Of a stretch of DNA of 64,000 bases, positions 20,384 through 29,820 are shown in pieces. The notes under the pieces are model-generated. The model ran no database searches and had not been told where the DNA came from. It saw only the letters and a list, made by a program, of their open reading frames with translations. Origin of the DNA: a virus; the IMG/VR virus record IMGVR_UViG_3300047160_015156, positions 34,217-98,216 of that record; one strand, written 5' to 3'. The first letter of the stretch is position 1. Every line of letters starts with the position of its first letter. The position numbers were made by a program, and so were the translations under genes.

Positions 20384-20717
20384 TCTTCCGGAGGTCGTCG
20401 AGCTCGACGACATGACGTCTGCGAACGTACGCGGTGCCTACGTCGTTCGATTCGGACCTAAGTGCGCGGCTTGGCTCTGCAAAGAGTTCAAGCACATCGT
20501 CAAGAAGTACGGTGCTTTCGCGCTTCACCGGGGACCGGAAGACGAAGTTCCGCCGTGGCTTCAGATCGCTCTCGACTACCTACGTGACTACGCTCGGAAG
20601 TGGACGGTCCTCAAGAAGACCGAGCCGGACGGTCATGTTCGCTACCGCGTGATCTGGCTTTGCCATCGGCCGTACCGCTGGCTTCCGGATTCGATTCGGC
20701 GCATCGGCAAGGCATGA
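20370..20717 (+). CDS. hypothetical protein
   Basis: Operon packing. Confidence 0.5.
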   Translation: MKKPDLPEVVELDDMTSANVRGAYVVRFGPKCAAWLCKEFKHIVKKYGAFALHRGPEDEVPPWLQIALDYLRDYARKWTVLKKTEPDGHVRYRVIWLCHRPYRWLPDSIRRIGKA

Positions 20718-20947
20718 CCACGTATTCGCCGCAGTGGGCGCCTCACATCGTGGGTGAGTTCGAACCTCCCACCACCGATGAGAGGGGCAGACCCGAGCCC
20801 AACAAGGTCCGCATGCGATGCGGCATTTGTAAGGCAACACATCAGACCACCTGCTATTCGGGCGCACCGAGGCAATGGGTGCTGAAGTTCGCGGTCGTCC
20901 ATGCACATCGTGACCCGCTCGCACTGGAAAAGGAGAAAAAGGGATGA
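20714..20947 (+). CDS. small zinc-finger-like protein
   Basis: CGIC...HAH; ATGA overlaps at both ends. Confidence 0.55.
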   Translation: MTTYSPQWAPHIVGEFEPPTTDERGRPEPNKVRMRCGICKATHQTTCYSGAPRQWVLKFAVVHAHRDPLALEKEKKG

Positions 20948-21588
20948 ACATCATCGGAGTCTGCGGACAAGCGGGAGCGGGCAAGGACACGATCGCGGAC
21001 TTCCTCGTGAAGGATCACAAGTTCGTGAAGCTCTCCTTCGCGGACCCTTTGAAACGGATCTGTCATGACGTCTTCGACTTCTCGGAGGAGCAGCTCTGGG
21101 GTCCGTCGTCGGCGAGGAACGCGGAGGACAAGCGATACCCGCGCTCCCCCTTTGGCTCGGAGAAGGTCACGGAGTTCCTGACCCCGCGCTACGCGCTTCA
21201 GCGGCTCGGCACGGAGTTTGGACGCGACTGCTACGCGCCGATATGGGTGGAGCTCGCGATCCGCCAGGCGAAGACGATTCTCGAACAGAACGTCTCCTAC
21301 GACCGTGTTCGAGGCATCATCCCGAACCTCATGGGACCGAAGCGCGGCGTCGTGATCCCCGACGTCAGGTTCCGAAACGAGCTTGAGGCCATCAAGGCGG
21401 CGGGAGGAAAGGTCGTGCGCGTCGTTCGGCCAGGTGCCGGGCTCGAGGGTGCGGCCGCACTTCACCCGAGTGAAGTGGAGATGCAGTCGATCCCGGATTC
21501 GGACTTCGACCGCGTGATCGTCAACAACGGTTCGCTTCAGGACCTCAAGACCAAGGTGCTCGTCACTCGCACCTATCTTTGTCCCTGA
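20944..21588 (+). CDS. deoxynucleoside monophosphate kinase
   Basis: GQAGAGKDT, FADPLK, TPRYALQRLGTEFGR, DVRFRNE, HPSE. Confidence 0.92.
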   Translation: MNIIGVCGQAGAGKDTIADFLVKDHKFVKLSFADPLKRICHDVFDFSEEQLWGPSSARNAEDKRYPRSPFGSEKVTEFLTPRYALQRLGTEFGRDCYAPIWVELAIRQAKTILEQNVSYDRVRGIIPNLMGPKRGVVIPDVRFRNELEAIKAAGGKVVRVVRPGAGLEGAAALHPSEVEMQSIPDSDFDRVIVNNGSLQDLKTKVLVTRTYLCP

Positions 21589-21599
21589 GTCGTTTTTCT

Positions 21600-21678
21600 C
21601 TTCACTCCATCAGGAAAAGGGACTACAAAAGAGGTGCAGCGGCGGTGCGGAACCGGCGCTGGAACCGAGGAGATTCCC
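21600..21678 (+). promoter_or_regulatory. degenerate early-type leader
   Basis: Hairpin CAGCGGCGGT-GCGGA-ACCGGCGCTG followed by GAGGAG RBS. Confidence 0.5.
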
Positions 21679-22809
21679 ATGACCACCATCCATGCCCACG
21701 CGTCGACCTCTGCCGAAGCCACCCGCGCCCGCGCCATTCTCGAGAAGAAGGTTCAGGACGGACGCGCCGGCGCCGCGGGTCTCTTCGAGCGCGTCTTCAA
21801 TCAGGCGCCCACGGACGCGATTGCAAAGGTCGACGCGTTGCGGTTCCACGGCTACGGTCACGGCCACATCGACCGTTTCGGCGAGGGTTTCCATGTCGAG
21901 ATCGGCGACAAGATCCAGACCATCCACCGTCACGCGCTTTCGCAGATCGCGAGCCGCGCCGACGCTCCGCCCGCCTACATCACCGAGCTCTCCGATGGTG
22001 ATTCTTGGAAGCGCGAGATGGCGGCGGAGATCCTGAACCGCTCCTTCCACCACGGGCACAAGGGAGAGCGCGCGCTCGTCCGGTCCGTCGGTTCCCAGGT
22101 CCGTGGCTTCCTCAGCGACCGCTACCGCCGTCTCGACTCGCGCCCCCTGCTCGAGGCGTTCGCGACCACGTGCCAGGATGTGGGTGCGGTTCCCGTCGAC
22201 GGCACGGTCACTGACCTCCGCGTGACGATGAAGGCACTCCTTCCGGTCGTCTTCGAGCCGGTCAAGGGCGAGGCTCTTTGCCTCGGGGTCGAATGGGGGA
22301 ACTCGGACTACGGCGCCGCGCGTCACTCGGTTCGCGCGTTCATCCTCCGCCTCTTGTGCCTCAACGGTGCCACGATGGAGGACGCCCTGTCCCAGGTTCA
22401 CCTTGGTGGTCGCCTCACCGACGACATCGAGTTCAGCAACAAGACCTACGAGCTCGACACGAAGGCATCCATCTCGGCCCTCAAGGATGTCGTGAAGGGG
22501 ACGCTCTCCGAGCCCAAGGTCAAGGCCCTGCTCGAAGGCATCAAGGCGGCGGATGAGAAGAAGGTCGATTGGAAGCGGGTGAAGACGTCGCTCGCGAAGA
22601 AGCTCCTCGCCTCGGAGATCAAGGCCGTCGAGCAGAGCTTTCAGAGCGAGGACGTCGTGATGCTCCCCCAGGGCGCCAGCGTGTGGCGGGTGAGCAACGC
22701 GATCTCGTGGCTCGCGGGTTCGACCGCGGATGCGGATCGCAAACTCGAGCTCCAACGCCTCGCCGGCGAGGTCATCAACGGAAAGTCGGACGCGGCAATC
22801 GCGGCCTAA
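21679..22809 (+). CDS. DUF932-like phage protein
   Basis: VRGFLSDRYRRLD, NSDYG, RLLCLNG, HLG. Confidence 0.7.
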   Translation: MTTIHAHASTSAEATRARAILEKKVQDGRAGAAGLFERVFNQAPTDAIAKVDALRFHGYGHGHIDRFGEGFHVEIGDKIQTIHRHALSQIASRADAPPAYITELSDGDSWKREMAAEILNRSFHHGHKGERALVRSVGSQVRGFLSDRYRRLDSRPLLEAFATTCQDVGAVPVDGTVTDLRVTMKALLPVVFEPVKGEALCLGVEWGNSDYGAARHSVRAFILRLLCLNGATMEDALSQVHLGGRLTDDIEFSNKTYELDTKASISALKDVVKGTLSEPKVKALLEGIKAADEKKVDWKRVKTSLAKKLLASEIKAVEQSFQSEDVVMLPQGASVWRVSNAISWLAGSTADADRKLELQRLAGEVINGKSDAAIAA

Positions 22810-23013
22810 GGAGACTGAGGAAGGGCAGCGCGAGCGAGGGGGCTTCGGGCCCCCACCCTTCCTCGACTGCGGGCGTGCAGGTTGAACATCGCGCCACTCT
22901 GCCGTCGGAGTCCTAGGCTCCGCCGTCGGGGGATGCCCCCGAGAACGACCCCTCGCCGAGAAGCCCGGGTCAGAGCTCGAAGGCATCCCCCGGCGTATGC
23001 CGAGGAGGACTTT

Positions 23014-23514
23014 ATGGGACGCCGCGAAAGACACCCGACGCAGCTTGACGAGAACCGGTATGTGGGGGAGGGTGCGCTCGACGCCTTTCGGCAGCTATCC
23101 GAGGCCGTCACGCAAGGGGGGCAGAGAATGGAACAGGCCTACATCGACGAGCGGGCGATCGCGACGAAACTCCTCGGAGACCTCCGCGAAGCCATCAAGG
23201 GGTGCCTTCCGACGATCTCATCCAAAACCGGACTTCCCCCACCTTTCGACACCGGTGTCTTCCTTGTCGAGCGCAAGGGCGTGAAGCTCTACCTCCTCGA
23301 AGAGGGGGGATTCGTCGTCAACGAGTTCGGGACGGTGTCCATGCTGAACCATCGGGAGGTGGTCGAGGCGCGGTGGTCCATTCGGGAGATCGCTCTCGCA
23401 CTCGCCGAGGAGATGAGCGCGAATGTGGACGGGCAGGATCGGAAGGTCCGTTTCGTTGAGAGGATGGCACGAAAGATGAAAGCAGTCGCCGAGCTCCTGG
23501 ACCCGGAAAAGTAA
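23014..23514 (+). CDS. hypothetical protein
   Basis: GAGGAGG RBS before ATG 23014. Confidence 0.6.
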   Translation: MGRRERHPTQLDENRYVGEGALDAFRQLSEAVTQGGQRMEQAYIDERAIATKLLGDLREAIKGCLPTISSKTGLPPPFDTGVFLVERKGVKLYLLEEGGFVVNEFGTVSMLNHREVVEARWSIREIALALAEEMSANVDGQDRKVRFVERMARKMKAVAELLDPEK

Positions 23515-23570
23515 CAGACTTTCCACAAGATTCACGTATCATCAAAGCATCGGGCGGGGAGGAATACCGG

Positions 23571-23846
23571 ATGCGAATGATGTCTAGGAAGCTCCTTCTT
23601 GGGGCGATCAACGAAGCAGTTGCGGCAAAGTCACTCAAGGAACGACTGCGCGATGTTACGATCGCCTTGATGGCGGCGTTTCCGGAGGGCTATCGGTTCG
23701 TCATCGTCGTGGAGGATGGTCAAGATCTGACCTTCACCTCCGGTGAGACTAGTCGAGAGCAAGCGATCCGGATGCTCGAGGAGACGTTGTCGATGATGAA
23801 GCGGCATCCTCCCGAGCGTGGACAACCCGCTCGTTCTCGAGGGTGA
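23571..23846 (+). CDS. hypothetical protein
   Basis: GGAGGA RBS. Confidence 0.55.
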   Translation: MRMMSRKLLLGAINEAVAAKSLKERLRDVTIALMAAFPEGYRFVIVVEDGQDLTFTSGETSREQAIRMLEETLSMMKRHPPERGQPARSRG

Positions 23847-24648
23847 CAACTTCGACGGCATGCAGAAGCTTCTCCGGGACATAGGCCCGGAGTTCGCGCT
23901 CATCTACATGGACCCGCCGTTCTATACGCAGCGGGAACACACGATGACCTCGGGAGAGCATGCGTTCTCCGACGTGTGGCCGTCGCGTCGAGCGTTTCTC
24001 AACAACCTCTCGAGTCGATTGAAGCTCGCGCGAGAGCTCCTCGATGATCGAGGGTCGCTCGTCCTCCACCTGAATTGGCGAACCTCGCATTACGCGAAGC
24101 TGCTCGGAGACGAGATCTTCGGCGAGGACGCGTTCGTGAGCGAGATCGTGTGGAGGTACCGGAGATGGCCGACGGCGACGCCGAACTTTCAGAGGATGCA
24201 CGATGTTCTCCTTCGCTGGGTGAAGAACCCGAAGGCGGAGCCGCGGTGGACGCAGCTCTACGAACCCTTGGCGCCGTCGACGCAAAAGGTGTGGAAGGGC
24301 AAGCGGCAGAAAGCGGTCACCAACGAGTGGGGCAAGCGCAAGAGGAGTTCCGTATCCGAAGAGCCTTCGCCCGGAGCTCCTATGGGCGACGTCTGGGACA
24401 TCAGCGTCGTTGCGCCGAGCTCGCGCGAGCGCACGGGCTACCCTACGCAAAAGCCAACGGAATTGACCACCCGGCTCATCCTCGCCCTCACGGAGGAGAA
24501 CGACCGAGTCTTGGACCCGTACGCGGGCTCGGGGACGACGCTCATGTCAGCGAACGCGCTTCACCGCCAAGCCTACGGGATCGATTCGAGTCCGGTTGCA
24601 TGTCGGGTGATGGCGGAGCGGATGACCATCGACCGGGTCATAATCTGA
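23818..24648 (+). CDS. beta-class N6-adenine/N4-cytosine DNA methyltransferase
   Basis: LIYMDPPF, YPTQKP, VLDPYAGSGTT. Confidence 0.92.
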   Translation: MDNPLVLEGDNFDGMQKLLRDIGPEFALIYMDPPFYTQREHTMTSGEHAFSDVWPSRRAFLNNLSSRLKLARELLDDRGSLVLHLNWRTSHYAKLLGDEIFGEDAFVSEIVWRYRRWPTATPNFQRMHDVLLRWVKNPKAEPRWTQLYEPLAPSTQKVWKGKRQKAVTNEWGKRKRSSVSEEPSPGAPMGDVWDISVVAPSSRERTGYPTQKPTELTTRLILALTEENDRVLDPYAGSGTTLMSANALHRQAYGIDSSPVACRVMAERMTIDRVII

Positions 24649-24836
24649 ACGTGGTCTATTCCCTCGACATGGTGTTTTCTGAGAACGATTCCGGGACCGT
24701 GGAGGTCCTCGCGCCTTGGATGGACGAGCCGATTCAGGCCAAGTCCTTCGAGGAGGCGTATTGGGCCGCGCTCGCTCTCCGGAGCCAACCCCGAAAGGTG
24801 ATCGCGGACGCAGAATGACGCGGCATCTTCTCCACC

Positions 24837-25535
24837 ATGGAGAAGGTGAACGTCCTGGATCACGGCTACGTCGGCCTCGTGGAGGCGTGGGGCTCCGATG
24901 AGCGAATCATCGAGGCCGCGCGGATGTCTACGAGCGGGGGCTTCGTGTCCTGGGATGCCTATGAAGGGCATCCCAAGGGAGACGCTGGCCTCCTCTCGTA
25001 CCTCTGGAAGAACGAGCACGCGACGCCGTTCGAGATGGTGGGTCTGACCTTTGAGGTCCTGGCCCCCATCTTCGTTCTCCGGGAGTGGCATCGTCACCGC
25101 GTCCCCTTCGGCTACAACGAGGCCAGCGCTCGCTACGCCCCGCTCCCCGACGTCAACTACCGGCCTTCGGTGGAGCGTCTCTTCATGTCCGCAGGCGCGA
25201 ACAAGCAAGCGGCTTCCACCGGCCTCGAGCTAACGCTCGAGAACGCGGCGACGTGGGATGAGCGTGTGGAGCACTTCTACGATCTCGCGCAAGAGCTCTA
25301 CGAGTTCGGCCTCACGGTTGGAATTCCGAAGGAGCTCGCGCGCATCGTCCTTCCCGTAGGTCGCTACTCGAAGATGCGGGCGACGGGCAATCTCCGTGGC
25401 TGGCTCGCGTTCATGAAGCTCCGAGCGCACCCGAGGGCGCAGTACGAGATCCGCGTTTACGCTGACGCGATCGGAAAGTTCATCGCCGAGAAGTTTCCGA
25501 GGACATGGCACCTCTATCAAGAGGGGAAGGGATGA
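24837..25535 (+). CDS. thyX: FAD-dependent thymidylate synthase
   Basis: HATPFE, REWHRHR...YNEASARY, ELARIVLP, AQYEIR. Confidence 0.95.
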   Translation: MEKVNVLDHGYVGLVEAWGSDERIIEAARMSTSGGFVSWDAYEGHPKGDAGLLSYLWKNEHATPFEMVGLTFEVLAPIFVLREWHRHRVPFGYNEASARYAPLPDVNYRPSVERLFMSAGANKQAASTGLELTLENAATWDERVEHFYDLAQELYEFGLTVGIPKELARIVLPVGRYSKMRATGNLRGWLAFMKLRAHPRAQYEIRVYADAIGKFIAEKFPRTWHLYQEGKG

Positions 25536-25538
25536 GAG

Positions 25539-25973
25539 ATGCGGAAGAGCTGGGCCGACTACTTCTTGGGGATCGCGCAGGCGGTCTCGGAGCGGGCAAC
25601 CTGCGATCGACTCCATGTCGGTTGCGTACTCGTGGAAACGGACACCAAGGTCATTCTCGCGACCGGGTACAACGGGAGCGTCCGCGGCGCTCCCCACTGC
25701 GACGATGTCGGGCACGACATGGATCACGGCCACTGCGTGCGCACTGTTCACGCCGAGGGCAATGCTATCGCTCAAGCCGCGTCTCGTGGCATATCTGTTG
25801 CCGGCGCTACCGCCTACCTCACGGCGCGACCGTGTTGGCCCTGTTGCAAGTTGCTCCTCAACTCGGGGATCGTTCGCATCGTCTACGCGGCATCGTATCG
25901 GGATGATGAGCGGGTCACGAATGCGTGCATGCAAGCGCGCGTCGATCTCGTGCATCACCCGGTGACACCATGA
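25539..25973 (+). CDS. dCMP deaminase
   Basis: TGYNG, HAE, PCWPC. Confidence 0.92.
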   Translation: MRKSWADYFLGIAQAVSERATCDRLHVGCVLVETDTKVILATGYNGSVRGAPHCDDVGHDMDHGHCVRTVHAEGNAIAQAASRGISVAGATAYLTARPCWPCCKLLLNSGIVRIVYAASYRDDERVTNACMQARVDLVHHPVTP

Positions 25974-26500
25974 CGCTCGAGAATCTCCCTGATCCGCCGG
26001 AGTCCGAAGTCCTGCGAAAGATGCCCCTGCAGAAGCCGGGGAAGTCCAAGCAAGACTATGCGACGCCGATGGAGTTCATCCGCGCGGTCGAGGGTCGCTT
26101 CGGGACGCTGCGCCACGACCTTGCCGCACATGAAGGAAACCATCGATGCGAAACGTTTTTCAGCCCGGAGCAGAATTCGTTGGTCCAGCCGTGGGCCCAA
26201 CTGTTCCCGGAGGGGAATCTCTGGCTCAATCCGCCCTACTCGGACATCGGGCCGTGGGCGAAGAAGTGCGCGGAGGAGTCGATCAAGAGAGGCGGACTGA
26301 TCCTCTTCCTCACGCCTGCGAGCATCGGATCGGAGTGGTTCGCGGACCATGTGGAGGGGAAGGCGCTGGTCCTCGGTCTCAGACCACGCCTTTCATTCGA
26401 CGGGAAGAACCCGTACCCGAAGGACTGCATCCTGAGTGTGTACGGGATCGATGTACTCCACCGCCCCCTCCGCGGATTCGAGACGTGGAGGTGGAAGTGA
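25970..26500 (+). CDS. phage N6-adenine methyltransferase (Dam-like)
   Basis: YATP, DLAA, WLNPPYS, RLSF. Confidence 0.85.
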   Translation: MTLENLPDPPESEVLRKMPLQKPGKSKQDYATPMEFIRAVEGRFGTLRHDLAAHEGNHRCETFFSPEQNSLVQPWAQLFPEGNLWLNPPYSDIGPWAKKCAEESIKRGGLILFLTPASIGSEWFADHVEGKALVLGLRPRLSFDGKNPYPKDCILSVYGIDVLHRPLRGFETWRWK

Positions 26501-27018
26501 GCTCGAGGTCCCCTCTTCCGAACGACTTCGACATCGCGCCGGCGAAGTTCTACGCCCCCGCGGCGACGTCCAAGCCCACGGAGCCACCTGACTCTGATCG
26601 GGGTCGCAAAAGCGCGCTGGATAGTCTCCTGGGCGCGGCGCGGAGGGTTGAGGAGGCGCTCCTCAGGGCGCGGCTTCAGCGTGAGGTCACTCCCGAGCTC
26701 GACGCAGAGATCGCGACGATGACGAAGGCGCGGTACGTGTTCGAGCGCGCACTGGGGCCGGTCGTGCACCAACTCAAGTGCGATCCCGAGCCTTTCAACG
26801 CGGTCAAGCGGGGGCTCAAGTTCTGCGAGGTCCGGAAGTTCGACCGAGACTTCCGTGTGGGTGACATCCTCATCCTGTCCTCCTATGACCGAGAGAAGAA
26901 AGTCTTCACGGGGGAGCGGCTCAGGGTCGAGGTCACCCACATCGTGCCGCCCGGGGAATACGGTTTGCCGGAGGACGTGGGAGTTCTGAGCATCGAGGTC
27001 ACCATCGAGACGATCTGA
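26497..27018 (+). CDS. ASCH/DUF3850-domain protein
   Basis: HQLKCDPEPFNAVKRGLKFCEVRKFDRDFRVGDILIL. Confidence 0.8.
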   Translation: MSSRSPLPNDFDIAPAKFYAPAATSKPTEPPDSDRGRKSALDSLLGAARRVEEALLRARLQREVTPELDAEIATMTKARYVFERALGPVVHQLKCDPEPFNAVKRGLKFCEVRKFDRDFRVGDILILSSYDREKKVFTGERLRVEVTHIVPPGEYGLPEDVGVLSIEVTIETI

Positions 27019-27058
27019 TCTCTGAACATCGATGTTCAGGCGGGAAGGGGGAGCGGGA

Positions 27059-27322
27059 ATGGATTCCAAGATGGTCGACGCTATGAAAGTGCTCGAGGGC
27101 TTCCGACAGAACGTCATCGCGGCCCAAGCGGAGGTCACGCGCCGCCAAGCCGACCTCGCGCGCGCCGAAAAGGATCTAGAGGGCAAGCGCGCCGCCTACC
27201 GCAAGGCCCATCGCGAGATGACGGACATCCTCTCCGGTCATCTCAAGGAGCTCGCGCCGGAGAAGGCGGCGGAGTTCGAGGACCCTCGCGGCTACCACCT
27301 CGACAACCCGACGACGGAATGA
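27059..27322 (+). CDS. hypothetical coiled-coil protein
   Basis: ORF with RBS. Confidence 0.55.
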   Translation: MDSKMVDAMKVLEGFRQNVIAAQAEVTRRQADLARAEKDLEGKRAAYRKAHREMTDILSGHLKELAPEKAAEFEDPRGYHLDNPTTE

Positions 27323-27594
27323 GGAAGCCCTACTTCGTCATCCGCGCCGGCTACTTCCTCCGTCTCGATGGGCCGTTTGCGTACCCGAGGTGGATGGCTC
27401 AGGTCGCCGACGCGACTCCGCTCCTGAAGTGCCACGCGGCGGCGTGGGCGGAGGTCTACCGGGGTCGCTTCGTGCCGGTGACCGCGTTCATGGCGACGGA
27501 CGAGGATGACGTTCATGTGAACAAGGCGCCGATTACAGAGCGCGTACCCGCAACCAAACCCGAGGGATCCGCAGGACCACGCGGCATCTTCTGA
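27319..27594 (+). CDS. hypothetical protein
   Basis: ATGA overlap. Confidence 0.5.
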   Translation: MRKPYFVIRAGYFLRLDGPFAYPRWMAQVADATPLLKCHAAAWAEVYRGRFVPVTAFMATDEDDVHVNKAPITERVPATKPEGSAGPRGIF

Positions 27595-27596
27595 GC

Positions 27597-28145
27597 ATGA
27601 TCGACGGCATCATCAAGTTCGCCCTCGCCTACGTCGTGACCGCGCTCCGACTCCCCCACCGCTGCATCACCCGCGACGACGGAGATCCCTACCTCCACCG
27701 CTGGTACCTCTGCGGCGAAGACGGAGGCCTGAAGTACTTCCCTGAGGGACAGCGGGCTAAGCGGTGGTGGCAATACCTCATGACGTGGATGCCGTGCGTC
27801 TACGTTCATCGGTTCGTGTCTTCAGACATCGATCCCGAGCTCCACAACCATCCATGGACCGCGGTCTCGCTCGTCTTGGTCGGCGGGTATGACGAGGAGC
27901 GTCGCGTCGACTCCATCTCGGCGAAGGGTGGCTTCAAGGTGGTCCTGCAACGGATCAAGCCGTTCATGCTGAACCGTCTGAACGCCGACACCTTCCACCG
28001 TGTCCTTCTCATCGGCGACCAAGAGGCGTGGTCGATCATCAAGTGCGGAGAGAAGGTGCAGACATGGGGCTTCTGGTCGGCGGAGACGGGCGAGTTCGTG
28101 CATCACAAGGTGCACGCTGCGCGGAAGAACCGAGCCGCGGCTTGA
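27597..28145 (+). CDS. cupin-like phage protein
   Basis: HRF..SD.D.ELHNHPW...GGYDE...FHRV; ATG 8 nt after GCGGCATC. Confidence 0.65.
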   Translation: MIDGIIKFALAYVVTALRLPHRCITRDDGDPYLHRWYLCGEDGGLKYFPEGQRAKRWWQYLMTWMPCVYVHRFVSSDIDPELHNHPWTAVSLVLVGGYDEERRVDSISAKGGFKVVLQRIKPFMLNRLNADTFHRVLLIGDQEAWSIIKCGEKVQTWGFWSAETGEFVHHKVHAARKNRAAA

Positions 28146-28150
28146 AGACC

Positions 28151-28504
28151 ATGATCTTTTGCGAGCACGCGAACGAGTGTCCTCAGCGGTGTCCCTGTCC
28201 TGAGGACTGCGCGTGTAAAGAGATCATGTGCGCGCCGACGACGCAGCGCGAAGCCCAAGTCTTCGAGCTCCACGATGAGGCGAAGGCACGAATCCAACGT
28301 CAGGTCGCGCGCCGCAAGATCGACATGGGGGAAGAGCTCCTTCGCGAGGCCTTCGACACCTTCGGCCGCCCGCTCCCCCAAGACGTGTTCCGGCGGATGC
28401 GTCGGCTCTTCCTCGACTACGATCTCTTCCTCAAGCTTCCGCTCATCCCCCGGCCCAAACCCGTCGACTCCGCTGATCCGGCGGAGGAGGAAACGCTTCC
28501 ATGA
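28151..28504 (+). CDS. hypothetical protein with Cys-rich N-terminus
   Basis: CEHANECPQRCPCPEDCAC. Confidence 0.5.
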   Translation: MIFCEHANECPQRCPCPEDCACKEIMCAPTTQREAQVFELHDEAKARIQRQVARRKIDMGEELLREAFDTFGRPLPQDVFRRMRRLFLDYDLFLKLPLIPRPKPVDSADPAEEETLP

Positions 28505-28800
28505 GCTCGTGGTGGGAAGCCGTACTTGGCAAGAAGAAGGGTCCCTCGTACGAGGAGCTCCAGGAAAAGATCAAGGACCTCGAGTCAGTCGTCGACCAAC
28601 AGCAGGGGGAGAACAAGGACACGCGCCGGCGCCTCCTCGCTTACCTTGCCGAGGAGGCAGCGATCAGGAAGAAGCTCGGAGATGCCCTCGAGTTCTACGC
28701 AGACCGCGATAACTGGGCGTGGAAACTGGTCACGCCAGCGGACCCGGCCGCGGTACGCGACCGTGGGCGTCGCGCGAGACGAGCTCTCGGTAAAGACTGA
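28501..28800 (+). CDS. hypothetical protein
   Basis: ALEFYAD..NW pattern common in phage proteins. Confidence 0.6.
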   Translation: MSSWWEAVLGKKKGPSYEELQEKIKDLESVVDQQQGENKDTRRRLLAYLAEEAAIRKKLGDALEFYADRDNWAWKLVTPADPAAVRDRGRRARRALGKD

Positions 28801-29012
28801 GGACGTGGGCCAGCGGATCCAATACTTCTCGGACAGGCACGGGTGGTGCACATCGATGTACCCGCCCTCCCGTTGGGATTACGTCATCGCGACCGAGGGT
28901 GAGCACATGGCTTACCGCATCATCGATGAGAAGGGGAACGTTCTGAGAGAGTGGCACCCGATCAAACCTTTGGTCATTCCGTAGGCGGCATCCTCGGACT
29001 GAGGTGAATCGG

Positions 29013-29279
29013 ATGAGTGAGAAGGAAGAGAGCTCGAAGTCTGCGGCGTCGGGCGGGATCGGTACGATCGGTCTCTTGGGAGTGCTGTTCGTTGGGCTGA
29101 AGCTCACGCACCAGATCGATTGGTCATGGTGGTGGGTCACGCTTCCGTTCTGGGGAGCGATCGGTCTCGTCCTCAGCATCCTCGTCCTCGCCGTCACTGG
29201 AGCCGGCGTCATCCTGCTCGTGGATAAGGTCACCGCTCTTTTCGCCCGGCGATCCATCAAGCGCATGGGAGGTCAGTGA
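29013..29279 (+). CDS. two-TM membrane protein
   Basis: GLLGVLFVGLKLTHQIDWSWWWVTLPFW. Confidence 0.75.
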   Translation: MSEKEESSKSAASGGIGTIGLLGVLFVGLKLTHQIDWSWWWVTLPFWGAIGLVLSILVLAVTGAGVILLVDKVTALFARRSIKRMGGQ

Positions 29280-29530
29280 TGCTGCGTCGATACCTGTCCA
29301 CGTTCCTCGTTCTCGTTGCCTTGCTCGTGGCGTGCACCGATGACGTGAGGACCAAGTCAACCCTCGATCAAGCCGGCTACACCGACGTGCAGACGACGGG
29401 GTACGCGATGGCAGCGTGTTCGGACGATGACCAGTATCACACGGGGTTCGTTGCCACGAACCCGCTAGGGAACCGCGTCCACGGCGTGGTCTGTTGCGGG
29501 GTGTGGAAGAGCTGCACGATTCGTTTCTGA
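29276..29530 (+). CDS. small lipoprotein
   Basis: Signal peptide with LVAC lipobox; C-terminal VCCG..K.CTIRF. Confidence 0.7.
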   Translation: MMLRRYLSTFLVLVALLVACTDDVRTKSTLDQAGYTDVQTTGYAMAACSDDDQYHTGFVATNPLGNRVHGVVCCGVWKSCTIRF

Positions 29531-29568
29531 GGCACCTGAACACATCGAAACGGTGAAGGGAAAAGACA

Positions 29569-29811
29569 ATGCACTATCGCAACGGACGTGAAGCGAAGAA
29601 TGGGGACAAGGTCGTCCAGCTCTCTTACGAGGGCGGCAAGATCGTAGGCACCGGCATCCTGTACGACGCGGTGGCTGGCAACGACTACTGCAATGGCATG
29701 GTGGCGCCGATCGCGTCGTCCGCCGCATGCCTGATCGACTGCATCCACGCTGACGATCTCGCCGCGATCCTCGCTGAGAAGGGCTTGGACAAGCGGCCTG
29801 CGGGCAAGTGA
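29569..29811 (+). CDS. hypothetical protein
   Basis: MHYRNGREAKNGDKVV; RBS. Confidence 0.65.
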   Translation: MHYRNGREAKNGDKVVQLSYEGGKIVGTGILYDAVAGNDYCNGMVAPIASSAACLIDCIHADDLAAILAEKGLDKRPAGK

Positions 29812-29820
29812 CACCACGCC

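Noticed and set aside
21610-23034. Long minus-strand ORFs (e.g. 21610-23034, 9315-10397, 29437-30696, 15877-16956)
   Set aside because: Antisense shadows of well-supported + strand genes in high-GC DNA, with no recognisable motifs.
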